This document shows, one piece after another, positions 38,637 through 52,229 of a DNA stretch of 64,000 bases. The notes below the pieces were generated by a model, which was not told where the DNA came from, did not search any database, and saw nothing but the letters and a program-made list of their open reading frames with translations. How positions within the stretch are numbered: position 1 is the stretch's first letter; each line of letters starts with the position of its first letter. Origin of the DNA: Octopus bimaculoides (taxonomy: Eukaryota); the NCBI RefSeq assembly GCF_001194135.2, contig NC_068984.1, positions 135,787,607-135,851,606 on the forward strand, written 5' to 3'. Position numbers and translations under genes: made by a program.

Positions 38637-39345
38637 ATGTACATATATAGATATTTATACATATATATACGTATGTATGTATATAAATGTATTAAAGTAT
38701 AAGTGCTTTTATATATGCACACATGTATGTATACCTTTATGCGCTTATATATATGACATACAAAAATCAAAATTTTAAATGTAAGGAAATATGGAAATAA
38801 GAACACAGACTAGATCTTTCAAAAGTTGAGCAATTTTAATCTCCAGATATAACCATTAGGTCCCACAGATTTTGTTCAGACTAATGCGACGAAGGAAGAA
38901 CATGCATTAACAGTGTCGATAAGTAACATACAGTGCATGAAAGACTACAAGGAATGTAGGTATTATAATTTATGAGACGGAATTATGGTTGTTCCATATT
39001 TGCTAGTGAAAAAATCAATAATAGAATTTGCATATTGTACAGCAAAAAAAAAAAAAGAAGAAGAGGAAGAAGTGCCTGCTGAATCCAAGTATACGTAAGA
39101 TACAGGTGCTAGAAAGTGCATGCAATAATTCGGTGTTCTTGACTGCAAAAAAGAAACAAACAAAAAATCAAATAAAGCAATTTCAGTACATTGTGAAGTT
39201 ATTCAAAATAAAATTATATATGTAACCAACGGTGAATAATTTAAGTCTGTGATTTGAACTGCATAACATTCCTGCAATGATCTCGATATGCGGAAAGAAA
39301 GAGGATTAGTGTCACAATTTGTACACCGATTCACAACGAAGACAG

Positions 39346-39387
<42 letters not shown>

Positions 39388-39911
39388 NNNNNNNNNNNNN
39401 NNNNNNNNNNNNNNNNNNNNNNNNNNNNNNNNNNNNNNNNNNNNNNNNNNNNNNNNNNNNNNNNNNNNNNNNNNNNNNNNNNNNNNNNNNNNNNNNNNNN
39501 NNNNNNNNNNNNNNNNNNNNNNNNNNNNNNNNNNNNNNNNNNNNNNNNNNNNNNNNNNNNNNNNNNNNNNNNNNNNNNNNNNNNNNNNNNNNNNNNNNNN
39601 NNNNNNNNNNNNNNNNNNNNNNNNNNNNNNNNNNNNNNNNNNNNNNNNNNNNNNNNNNNNNNNNNNNNNNNNNNNNNNNNNNNNNNNNNNNNNNNNNNNN
39701 NNNNNNNNNNNNNNNNNNNNNNNNNNNNNNNNNNNNNNNNNNNNNNNNNNNNNNNNNNNNNNNNNNNNNNNNNNNNNNNNNNNNNNNNNNNNNNNNNNNN
39801 NNNNNNNNNNNNNNNNNNNNNNNNNNNNNNNNNNNNNNNNNNNNNNNNNNNNNNNNNNNNNNNNNNNNNNNNNNNNNNNNNNNNNNNNNNNNNNNNNNNN
39901 NNNNNATATAT

Positions 39912-39977
<66 letters not shown>

Positions 39978-39978
39978 C

Positions 39979-40491
39979 TTGTTTGCTGGTCCAGCGCTGG
40001 TGTCATCCACTACAGCTTCATGAGACCTGGTAAGGTCAATTACAGCGGATGTATACATCAACCAGTTGGATAAAATGATGGGTGAACTTGCAATTAAGCA
40101 ACCGAGATTGGTGAATAGAGACAGGCCAGTTATCTTGGAAGACAATACTCGACTACATGTTGCACAAAGAACGCTACTCAAGTTACAGGAACTGAACTTG
40201 GAAGTACTCTGTCATACACAATATTCACCAGACTTTGCACCAACTGACAATTGCGTTTTGCAGGAATTTGACAACAGTTTACAAGGAAAAACATCAAATC
40301 TGAAGAAGCAAAAACAGACTTTCGTGATTTCATCACCTCTTGCTTTTCAGAATTCTTACCTACCGGTACAAACAAGCAAAATGGCAAAATTGTGTTAATA
40401 ATTTAGGTGCATACTTTCAGTAACTGCATCGGTTTTTGGTAAGATAAATTAAAATAAATTTTCATTTCAAAATCGGACATTTAATTCTTTA
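39979..40491 (+). pseudogene. mariner (DD34D) transposase C-terminal half, disrupted
   Basis: WSSAGVIHYSFMRPG...LDKMMGELAIKQPRLVNRDRPVILEDNTRLHVA...LEVLCHTQYSPDFAPTD...KWQNC..LGAYF. YSPDLAP.D is the mariner signature. Confidence 0.93.
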
Positions 40492-40613
40492 NNNNNNNNN
40501 NNNNNNNNNNNNNNNNNNNNNTACATACATATGCGCAAATACATACACGCCCAGAGATATACGCATACACACATGCATATATATATATATATATGTGTGT
40601 GCGCATATAGATG

Positions 40614-40645
<32 letters not shown>

Positions 40646-41277
40646 TGTATGTCTCTTCTGTTTTTAATCATTTAAATCCTTCCTCTGAAGAAGAACCTGG
40701 TTTCTAACAAAGATACAAAGCTCCACCTTTGGAACAGATAACGAAGACAATATCACATTTTAAACCTGAGAGAAGTCTTACATAGTGTTACTGTTCTGCA
40801 TATAGATTGTATCTGTAATGTGCGAATCATTTCGTTGGTGCCTTTTTTGAAAAATCTAAGCTGTTCCAGGCTGTGTGTATTTAAGCGTCGTGTGTATGTA
40901 TGTGTATATGTCTGTATGTCTCTCCGTCAGTCTGTATGTATGTATACCTGTATGTATGAATGAATGCATACATATATAATGTAGCCGTTACATCAGCTGT
41001 AGTCTGGGTTCTAATACTTCAATGTCGATAAAGTACGCCCAAAATAGAATCATCGAAATGGTACATCTTCTCGTATTCATTAAAATATCGTATATTCTTG
41101 TTCTTTCACAAAGCCCGTAGTAGTAAATTAAATTATTTGGATGTAGTTTTCTCACTTTTTCCCAAAGTCGTATAATGTGACCTATGCTCTTACCCCATTC
41201 CTAATTCCAGTTGGCGACTACCACAAATTTCTTATCTACACCATGTTTCATTTTCTTTTTATTCTTAATGTACTTCT

Positions 41278-41490
41278 TAAGGCGGCGAGCCGACTGAATG
41301 GCTAGCTCGCAGGCAAAATGCTTAGCGGCACTATGAGTCCCTGTACTTTATTAATTGAAATATTACCCAGGTCGGCCATGCCTTTCCTCTTTTCGGTGTC
41401 GAAGGAAATAAATATCAGTCGAATACCGGGGTCGGTGTAACCTACTCCACCGCTTCCCTATAATGCTGGCCTTATGACAAAATTTGATGC
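41278..41490 (+). mobile_element. SINE family B, old copy
   Basis: taaggcggcgagc...caaaatgcttagcggc...gcctttcctcttttcggtgtcga...ggggtcggtgtaa. Confidence 0.65.
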
Positions 41491-41736
41491 CGTGGTTAAT
41501 GTATAACGTTGTAGTCATATTCAGACTGCATTCAACCGTGTTGGACGTGCAGCAGATGCAGTTTAATGTGATTATCCATAAGAGACGAAGCCTGAATAGC
41601 AAAATTGCGCATCGATTCTTATTTATAAATATACGCGTGTATTTGTGTGCTTGTCTGTGTGTGTGTGTGCTTGTGTGACAGTCAAAATTCTGATCCACAT
41701 ATGTTTCTACACGCATGCACACACACATATATACGC

Positions 41737-41773
<37 letters not shown>

Positions 41774-42216
41774 NNNNNNNNNNNNNNNNNNNNNNNNNNN
41801 NNNNNNNNNNNNNNNNNNNNNNNNNNNNNNNNNNNNNNNNNNNNNNNNNNNNNNNNNNNNNNNNNNNNNNNNNNNNNNNNNNNNNNNNNNNNNNNNNNNN
41901 NNNNNNNNNNNNNNNNNNNNNNNNNNNNNNNNNNNNNNNNNATATATATATGAGCATACGTACACATTTGCATGCATACAAACATACATTCATATATATA
42001 TACATACATGCAGACACACATACATGCACGCATGCATACACGCATACATACATACGTACATACATAATAAATGCATGCACACATACACACATACACACAT
42101 AAATACATACATACATAATACATACATGCGCACACATACATACATACTTTCATACATACATGCATAATACATACATACACACACACATACACACATACAT
42201 ACATACATACATACAT

Positions 42217-42610
42217 GCATTCATGATGGCTATTCACTCGCGATCGAGGAAGACCATTGCTGACCTTCAAGTACTCTAGAGCTAACTTATACTTTGCCCT
42301 TACGGCTCCGTTGGTGGCTAATGAGCCCTGCTCTTGACAAGCATACTCGACTGCAAACGTTGCAAACCAAGCTTTCCCCATTCATTATAGTAGCAGTGTG
42401 CTTTCGAGCAACAAGGTGAAGTTCTTCATGCAGAATACGTGCTCTCTCAAAAGTGTCAACCCCGTCCTTAACCTGCTTCCTCCATCTATGGCGATGACAG
42501 GCATGGTTCTCTCAGTCAGCCTCCTGCATTTCACAAGCCTTTAATGAGGACTTGACACAGTCCTGAAATCGCAGCCTTGGTTTCTGCCGGAGTCTCTTTC
42601 CATTCATATC
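42217..42610 (-). pseudogene. RTE-clade LINE 3' end
   Basis: Minus strand GKRLRQKPRLRFQDCVKSSLKACEM.EAD*ENHACHRHRWRKQVKDG...LVCNVCSRVCLSRAGLISHQRS ('G....RFKD.LK..LK...W...A.DR..WR' plus C-terminal zinc finger), then 3' end gtcttcctcgatcgcgagtgaatagccatcat. Confidence 0.88.
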
Positions 42611-42770
42611 AGGATCCGTAAGCAGATGCTATATAGAGAATATACATACATAATGCATATATACATACATACATACGTACATACATACATGAATGCATGC
42701 ATGCATAATGCATATATACATACATACTTACATACATACATACATACATATATACATACATGCATACATT

Positions 42771-43135
42771 GAGGTGCTGAGATATGTAGAACACTGTCTA
42801 AATACAAATCTTGAGAAATTAGGCTTCTCAAAACCAGAAAGGAAAAATCGAACTCGAAGACAACAGATCCAACACATCACTGGAACTGTAAAAATCTGCA
42901 AAACTTTCAAGAAAGTTATCATTTAAATATATATGAGCATGTCTAGATATGTAACTATATGCATGATAATACATAAAACAAAACATATAAATCTGCACAT
43001 ATGCGTACGTAGGTACATACATACATACAAAAATGCCCTGTGGTTTGATGTTGTCATTTCAATAATGGAGCCTTGGATCTCCGTTAGAAACCGGTTCTTT
43101 ATTGGTAAGAAATCTTGAAATAACACTGTATAATG
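42771..43135 (+). mobile_element. 3' end of an RLE-type (restriction-like endonuclease) non-LTR element plus 3' UTR, split by a microsatellite
   Basis: LRYVEHCLNTNLEKLGFSKPER...QIQHITGTVKICKTF resembles the 'GALG.V...L...L..LG.....LQ....GT..I' terminus. Downstream gagccttggatctccgttagaaaccggttctttt..aagaaatcttgaaataa. Confidence 0.6.
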
Positions 43136-45463
43136 GCATACATACATACATACATACAAACATACATACATACATACATACATACATACATACATACATA
43201 CATACATACGTATATACATACAAACATAAGTACATATTTAGCTTGAATATAAATTATACATGACTGCTTTTGTGCGTTTGAGTATTTACATACGTTCCTA
43301 TAAGAGTGAATAATTGTATTCTTCTCTAACGATAGCTACTAGAGACAAGCCATTATGTAGGTAGACCTACTTGCTGACATTAACACCAGCAGAATACCTT
43401 GTTTGTTTATACGTTATCAATATAAGTTGTTTCATTTTGTAACGTTCCATTTGTTCATTCCGGTGGGCTTTCAGCAAAACAAAATCGAATTTAATAGTAA
43501 GGATCAATATATTTGGTCCATAAATGGATTCTTTGCAATGGCATTTACATTCGTCGATACAGGCATTTGACACCGTCATGTTATCGTCTTCTGCAAATCG
43601 AAGTTGAAAATAACTAAAGGTTGCATAACATCAGCAAATATTGGAGAAAATGGATGTATATGAGTTGAATTAAGATGGTAAGAATGAAAGAGTGGGAGTG
43701 GAAGTAGGAGGGAGAAAGAACAATTGGAAAGAAGTGAAAAGAATGGTTAGATACAAGGGTTAGACAGATAAAGAGAAGAAGGACAAAAGAACCGTTCAAT
43801 ATTGAAAGAGAAAGTGAAAAATAAAAATGTGACTAAGTAGCAAATAAAAACCCGAGGAAAAGAAAAGAAGTTTAAGAATTAGCAAAAGATTAAATGAAGG
43901 AGTGCTGGAGAAAGAACCGTCGCGAAAATGTGGTAAGACATTCAGAGAAGTAGCGTGAGGATAGATAAGAAAGGTCAGAATATGCAGACACAGCAGTGGA
44001 ATAACGGAATTGAGAGAAAGTAGACCTCAGTGGATGAAGATTTATTCGAAAAACTGTTGTAAAAGAAATGCAAAAAAGAGCAAATATAACAGAGATAAAT
44101 GAGAAATAGAGTGATAGAACGGAGAAAGTTAGATTGGAAAATTAGGAGAAGGCTGATGCAAAGAATGAGAACGTAGAATGGTATTTATTGAAGAATTGAT
44201 ATTAAGAAGAAACTGCAGAGATACGGTTATGATACAGATAAGCAATGTGTGTGTGTGAGGGAGACAGAGTGGTATGGAAAAAGAATGAAGGGGAAAGTGA
44301 GTGAAAGGCTGAGGAGTAACATGGCTTGTTTCTGCCTTGTTTCTGCCTTGTATGTATTAATCAATTCCATGTAACTTTTCAGTTAGACATTTTGTTTTAA
44401 TAGATTTTTTTCTTTCTACGCAAACAATAGCTTTTTTAAAACAATGAAACTTTCGATTCGATCTTTGACAGTATGTAGATTATAGTAGTGATGTTGTAAT
44501 TTCAATTTCGAAGTTTTCTTATATTGCATTGTTTATACTAAAGATGGCGAATACAATAAATCATTATTCAACCAGTGCTATTGCATAAGACATATTTATG
44601 TCGGCAGACGAATACATTCTTTTAATGGTTAGCTATAAGACAGTGGCCATGCTACTGCATTGCTTTGGTCGATCATATTGATCTTAGTAATCCAGCAATT
44701 ATATTCGGCTACTCCATATTTTACCGTTCTTTATTCTTCGAGCCGCTAGTTACTGGTCATAAATGGGGGGAATAGCAGAATCAACAGCGATTTTAGATGA
44801 CATATATAAACATTGACATCTACACACCAACACATTCATATACTCTCAGATAAACTACTCCGCACCTCGAAAACACCTCACATACACAGACACACACAAC
44901 ACAAACACACACACACACATACACACATACAAATATATATATATACACACACATATATATATATATGTACGTTTATATCTGCGAGTCTATAAATATTAAT
45001 GTATATATGTATATATATGCATGTATATATATGCATATATGTGTGTGTGTGTATGCATGTACCATGTAAGAAATTTATATACATACATACATACATACAT
45101 ACATATATNNNNNNNNNNNNNNNNNNNNNNNNNNNNNNNNNNNNNNNNNNNNNNNNNNNNNNNNNNNNNNNNNNNNNNNNNNNNNNNNNNNNNNNNNNNN
45201 NNNNNNNNNNNNNNNNNNNNNNNNNNNNNNNNNNNNNNNNNNNNNNNNNNNNNNNNNNNNNNNNNNNNNNNNNNNNNNNNNNNNNNNNNNNNNNNNNNNN
45301 NNNNNNNNNNNNNNNNNNNNNNNNNNNNNNNNNNNNNNNNNNNNNNNNNNNNNNNNNNNNNNNNNNNNNNNNNNNNNNNNNNNNNNNNNNNNNNNNNNNN
45401 NNNNNNNNNNNNNNNNNNNNNNNNNNNNNNNNNNNNNNNNNNNNNNNNNNNNNNNNNNNNNNN

Positions 45464-45498
<35 letters not shown>

Positions 45499-45641
45499 TT
45501 TATGCATCTATATATATACATATACATGTATACCTGTATATATATTTAAATATATATACATGTATATAAATATCTATTAGGTAAGAAACTGTCAATACTT
45601 ACGTATGTATATATATATATATACATACACACACACACACA

Positions 45642-45674
<33 letters not shown>

Positions 45675-46189
45675 GTGTGTATGTGTGTGTGTGTGCATGC
45701 ACATGTGTATGTAGATATATATGTATATTAAATAGATAGAGATATAGTTAGATAGAGAAGGAAAGAGGGTTTCTGTCTACCAAATTCTATGCAAAAGGTA
45801 TTGGTTAACAGAAGACTATAATGGAAAAAAAAACACCCGATATTATTCACACATATTTTATAACAAGTAGTTTAATGCTATATTTAAGGAAGAAGACCGA
45901 TCTGATAATGTAATGCTTTGGTGTATCTGATCATAGGTTATGAAATCTCATCTTCTCTAGTCGTTACGTTTAGTTCCTGTGCCGAACAGTGTCTTCTATG
46001 AGATCAGTCTGGAATGAAAGAGAACTTTTAAAACTATGCAACGACCAACCAGTCAGCAAGATGTGTTCTGACATTTATTAAGAGCCGTATCAGACCATAT
46101 CAAGGTGAGCTACGCGTGCTTTAGCCAACATGAGTTTTGTGCCCATGGCGATTTCTCAGAACAATTTCTCTTCATGTTTTTTTTATGTA

Positions 46190-46380
46190 TTTTAGTCACT
46201 CGTGTGCGGCCATACTGGAGCACCACCTTTAGTCGAAGAAATCGACCCCCAGGACTTACTCTTTGTAAGCTTAGTATTTATTTTGTCAGTACCTTCTGCT
46301 GAACCACTAAGATACGGGGACGAAAACACACCAGCATCGGTTTGTCAAGTGATGGTTGAGGACAAACTCAGATACACACA
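46190..46380 (-). mobile_element. SINE family A, tail half
   Basis: gcggccatactggagcaccacctttagtcgaagaaatcgacccccaggacttac...tttgtcaagtgatgg..ggacaaac. Confidence 0.85.
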
Positions 46381-46394
46381 CAAATGCATACATA

Positions 46395-46425
<31 letters not shown>

Positions 46426-46971
46426 TCATATACATACATACTTACATATATACATATATATATATATATAGATATGAAGTATAATATTAAATGGAGCAAA
46501 AGGCATATAAACAATAAGTTCCTTTAATTCCTACATATGTTCCAAAATATATGTGCAGTCTACTCCTAAGAAGTAAGAGGTGCTGGAATTGCACATATAT
46601 TCATCGTCAGAGAACCAACATACAAAAGCAAGACATATGCTAAATGTTAAGGTTACGTACGAGTTATAACATTATATAGCTAAGTAAGTGACCTTAGAAA
46701 CAAGAACGCTGGTTTACATTGAGTTATTATTGGAGAGAGGCTGTGATCGCTATACTAAAAGTTGATTTCTTCGACTAAAGGTGGTGTTCGAGTATGGCCG
46801 CAGTCAAACTACGGAAACAAGTAAAGGAATAAAAGAAAAAATATATGTGTGCATGTTTGAGTGTGTGCGCTTAAGAATTGCTTGAATATTCACTAAGTTT
46901 AGCAATGTATCACTGCTGAATAGTTCAATTTACATATCAGTCACATGGGAACTGATATATTAATATTCTTT

Positions 46972-47157
46972 TCTACACCAGGTACTTTTCTAGATGGGGC
47001 CAGTCGATTAGATCGACCCCAGTACGCAACTGCTACTTAATTTATCGACCCTGAAAGGATTAAAGGCAAAGTCGACCTCGGCGGATTTTGAACTAGGAAC
47101 GTAAACAAAGACGAAATACCACTAAGCATTACACTCGGCGTGCATACGTTTCTCTCT
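46972..47157 (-). mobile_element. SINE family B
   Basis: gccagtcgattagatcgaccccagtacgcaactg.tacttaatttatcgaccctgaaaggattaaaggcaaagtcgacctcggcgg. Confidence 0.88.
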
Positions 47158-48993
47158 GACAAAGACACAATATTTCTTTTTACAACCATAATATACAACG
47201 AAGTATATCATGGTTTTACAAGACAATAACTTGTCTTAGTTTTGCATTAGCAATGTTCTCCTTACTAAGTCGTAATGTGGAAAGAACATATATGCCAAGC
47301 AGATAAACGTATGCACAATATGTACACCCTCACACACACACGCACTCACACACATACACATACATACAGACACATATACACCAGTGTATTCTTGCTAACC
47401 TAAATTCCTGTAATTTTTCTCTCTCCAGAAAGCGGAGTGAGGTGTATTATAGCCTGTTCACAGCAACATCTTAAGTAGATATTTGCGTGCGTCTGTACGT
47501 GAACGCGTGCATCTGCATGAGTGTGTGTGTGTGTTTGCATTTTCTCTAATTTTTTTCTGTTTGGCATTTACGCGTGTGAAATATAAGCACGTTGGTTGAT
47601 AAATTCTCTTATAAATTCTATGTCTTCCTCACATATCAGGACGAATAATGAAAAGAAGTGATAAGATTGTAATATGATCTCCACCATCTTACATCGTGAA
47701 ATAAAATTACTGGACATCAGTGTCCATACACGCAAGACCACACCGAAGCCGACACCTGCTTACACAAAGGTTATTCAAAGAGAAAGAGACACCAAACGCT
47801 GAAAAACGAAAACGTTCAAACACTCGCACCATTCAAAGGATCTAGGCTTCACACAAGCGCACACACACAGGATGCCGATTGGGGTTTCTGTAAGTGTATG
47901 AGAGAAAGCATATGTGTGCACGCGAACACACATTCACGTCTGTTTCTTTCTGGCTCACATTCTCATTCATATTATGAATATAAATATTAAAACATAAAAT
48001 TAGAAGACAAATAGCCCTGGAGTTTTGCGGCCGTATCAATAGTGAGGCCGTGAATGGCAAAGAAAGAATTCTGACAATCTCGGCCAATTGTGTGAGTGAC
48101 GAACGATTAAGTCCTCAATCGCTTACTGAATCGGTCAAATGGTTTAGAAAATGAATAATACAGGCAGTGCATGCGTTTCTTATTGCCATAATGATATTCC
48201 CCAAATTTGATATATATTTGTGTAGATGTATGTGTGTATAGTCAATCCAAACATGAAGAAGTAAGAAAAAGCACGAAAAAAAAAACAACAACGCGAGGAC
48301 GTGGAATAAGTACGGTGTTATTGGATGCTCAGGAAAGGAAAGAAAAGAAACAGGTTTTTATGTTTCGAGCGGAGATCCTCATAAGACATATAGGAAAAGT
48401 CCAAAAAATGGAAGACAGAGAAAGAAAATCGCCAACGATGCACACGCGGTCGTGTATATGTATATATATGTATGCGTGTTTATATATATGTGCGTGTGTA
48501 TGTATGAGTGCCTGGGTCTGCGTGTATGTGTGTCTACGTGTATACACATACGTATGTAGACTATATGACTAATTTCCATTAATGACATACCGACTTTACA
48601 GAATTATTGATTCCCGAGAATCAACCACAATTTGGTACTTTCCATGCCGTAGTAAATCCCATTGAAACGGAGTACCGGCGCCAAATGGAGTACGTGCGGC
48701 TTTTTGGCATCCAGTTTTGTGGGGCAAGACGCTCTATCTGCCTTTTTAAAAAGTCAGAAACTAACGAAAGACTTTTTCATGATTCGGTAGTCACGTACCA
48801 GACTTTAACTAATATTTATAGAATGCGTTCATTAATTTGTTCATAATATCCGATACCAAACTTAGGGTTAGTTTTGTTCCGGTACAAAACATTTATGTAC
48901 AACATATGACAATAAATCAGAATATTCTCTTTCAAGATTGAAGTATAATTAATGACTAGTCATGACGATGGAAAAAAACAAATAGTAACCTAA

Positions 48994-49293
48994 TGCAAAC
49001 ATACAAATGAAAACCCAGAAGTCCGCCAAATACCACTGAGTAACCATCTAGCAACATGTGGTCATCAAACTTTTATTATATTTCCATTCCATAAACTTTA
49101 CAACCGGAATGAAATTGAAAGAAAATGCAAAGAAAAGGACTTTATTAAGAAATTCAAACCCACTCTTAACAAACAATGATTAAATCCATCTTACTTGGGG
49201 TTTAAAAATCTTAACCCTGTAACCAAAACACAAAAAATCTCTCAGATATCATCATTTCTATAAATAGATTTGGCATCATTTCTAAGAACAGCC
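48994..49293 (+). mobile_element. Penelope-like element: GIY-YIG endonuclease C-terminus plus start of terminal repeat
   Basis: 48997-49179 translates KHTNENPEVRQIPLSNHLATCGHQTFIIFPFHKLYNRNEIERKCKEKDFIKKFKPTLNKQ* ('H.........H.......R...E..FI....P.LN'). Followed by ctataaatag, then a ~930-bp gap. Confidence 0.8.
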
Positions 49294-50227
49294 NNNNNNN
49301 NNNNNNNNNNNNNNNNNNNNNNNNNNNNNNNNNNNNNNNNNNNNNNNNNNNNNNNNNNNNNNNNNNNNNNNNNNNNNNNNNNNNNNNNNNNNNNNNNNNN
49401 NNNNNNNNNNNNNNNNNNNNNNNNNNNNNNNNNNNNNNNNNNNNNNNNNNNNNNNNNNNNNNNNNNNNNNNNNNNNNNNNNNNNNNNNNNNNNNNNNNNN
49501 NNNNNNNNNNNNNNNNNNNNNNNNNNNNNNNNNNNNNNNNNNNNNNNNNNNNNNNNNNNNNNNNNNNNNNNNNNNNNNNNNNNNNNNNNNNNNNNNNNNN
49601 NNNNNNNNNNNNNNNNNNNNNNNNNNNNNNNNNNNNNNNNNNNNNNNNNNNNNNNNNNNNNNNNNNNNNNNNNNNNNNNNNNNNNNNNNNNNNNNNNNNN
49701 NNNNNNNNNNNNNNNNNNNNNNNNNNNNNNNNNNNNNNNNNNNNNNNNNNNNNNNNNNNNNNNNNNNNNNNNNNNNNNNNNNNNNNNNNNNNNNNNNNNN
49801 NNNNNNNNNNNNNNNNNNNNNNNNNNNNNNNNNNNNNNNNNNNNNNNNNNNNNNNNNNNNNNNNNNNNNNNNNNNNNNNNNNNNNNNNNNNNNNNNNNNN
49901 NNNNNNNNNNNNNNNNNNNNNNNNNNNNNNNNNNNNNNNNNNNNNNNNNNNNNNNNNNNNNNNNNNNNNNNNNNNNNNNNNNNNNNNNNNNNNNNNNNNN
50001 NNNNNNNNNNNNNNNNNNNNNNNNNNNNNNNNNNNNNNNNNNNNNNNNNNNNNNNNNNNNNNNNNNNNNNNNNNNNNNNNNNNNNNNNNNNNNNNNNNNN
50101 NNNNNNNNNNNNNNNNNNNNNNNNNNNNNNNNNNNNNNNNNNNNNNNNNNNNNNNNNNNNNNNNNNNNNNNNNNNNNNNNNNNNNNNNNNNNNNNNNNNN
50201 NNNNNNNNNNNNNNNNNNNNNNNNNNN

Positions 50228-50270
<43 letters not shown>

Positions 50271-51804
50271 TTGTATGTATGTATATTAGAGATATATTGT
50301 TTAGGATATGTAAAGATGTATTTCGAGTTTAATGCATTTTAAATCTTAGCTCTACCAAAATCAATAAGTGAGTAATAGATAGAGGAAGTGAATCTCTTAA
50401 GAAATTTAAACATGTGCGTCAAATAGAATGAAATTATTTATGGGTTTACTAGTTGAAGAAGTATGATTAAGTTGATTCACTAAATAGGCAGAGTTTAATT
50501 GAGGTCTGTGTCACTAATTTACAGTCAAACTGCGGAAGATGTATTGTTATATGAATAAGTATGAAAAAGATGAAATATTACAAGGTCTGTTCATCTATAA
50601 ATTTGAAAAAGGTTAAAGACTTAAATTAAACCGTTATCTCAGATACTCAGTTAATGAGTAACACTCTTCTCTTCTCAACATAGTATTGATTATCTAAAAA
50701 TATTACACATGAAACGGGTAAACTGAAAGGGATATAATTTAGTTTGTCGCAGCAATTGGTAATATGTCCCAAAGTATATATCAAGTACAAAGATATGTTT
50801 TAATATCAAATTTGATTATTAAATTGGTTGCCGTTATATTAAACTTTATCATGTGGAAACAACATCCGTGATGAATCATATTCCCAACTTGAATTTAAGG
50901 ATGTACGTATATTAACGAATCTGAATAAATTATCTAATCAGAATAATTTGTTGTCTTCTATCTATGAGAAACACAATACTTAATCTAGTTATTTCATTAT
51001 GATTATTTGAATCATTGTGAGTATTTTCATAAACTTTCAATTTGAAATTTTGCAAACAGTCTACATTCGAAATCACATATTTTTCTTTGTCAAGATTTAC
51101 GTTCTTGTGACGCTGCATTCATTCATTTTTCACTTAAAAAAATACACGAAAATAAAAAAAGAGAAAATAACTTAACTACAGTTCCTACTTATGAACAGTT
51201 AAAGCATTTGGACATTTAATATTGTCAGCAGATCATTAGATTTCTGTATCGCGGTTCACTCTTCTGAAGGTATTAATGACAGGTATGCTACTTAAAGAGG
51301 CTTCTTCTCTTCCTCCCAATCATCAAGGAAACTCTATAAAGAGACATGCCCAGGCCCTTCCCCTCACGAATTAGTGATTAGATCTACTTATAAATGTGTG
51401 TGTACATGTGTGCACGTGAATGTGTGAATGTGTGTGTATTTCTATGCAAGCACATATTTCACTATCAGTGAAAGTAGAATCGGATATACGTGTTGATAGA
51501 CTCTATTTGATATGCATAAGGGCACATAATGACCCATTGAATAACACACGTAGAAAGAAAGACTCTGGTACCCTGGTACATGAACACTGTGTATTTGAAA
51601 ACGATTAAAAATTAGATAAATTCTATTATCTTATACCTACGATTTCTGTAATTACAGTTCTATAAATGATCATAACATTGTAAAGTGTAATGTTAAGTAA
51701 AGTATCTAAAATGGAATGACATTAAAAAGAAATGATCACATATTTTTGTCAACAAAATTATCATACATAACCTATGTATGTATGATATCTACACGTGTAA
51801 CTGT

Positions 51805-51870
51805 TCAGTTTTATTTCAAGATTTCTTGCCCATAGAGAAAGGGCCGGTTCCTAGTCTAGATCTATACGCA
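51805..51870 (-). mobile_element. Short copy of the 3' UTR seen at 43070-43130
   Basis: Reverse complement taggaaccggccctttctctatgggcaagaaatcttgaaataaaactg versus tagaaaccggttcttttattggtaagaaatcttgaaataacactg. Confidence 0.65.
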
Positions 51871-52198
51871 TATATATTTAATCTGGTGTATCTGCTGAAG
51901 AAGACTTCGCCTAGTAAATTGTTTTATTTGCTAAAATATGTCTGAAACCAATGGTCCAGGAGATAGATGTTAAATGTTTTTTATTTTTCATTCCCATCGA
52001 AATTTTTTAATCCCTAATAGTGGTTTGGAATTAAGCTGTTCTTTCTAGCGTGCAAGGAATCCTATGATGGATACCTCTTATGTGTTTAAATGTACACTCT
52101 ATCTATATGAATAATATATAGTCTATTGACTAATTCTTTTTACACGCTAGGCCACTGGTAGTCAAAATTTCTAATATTTCTTATTACCCTTGATATTA

Positions 52199-52229
<31 letters not shown>

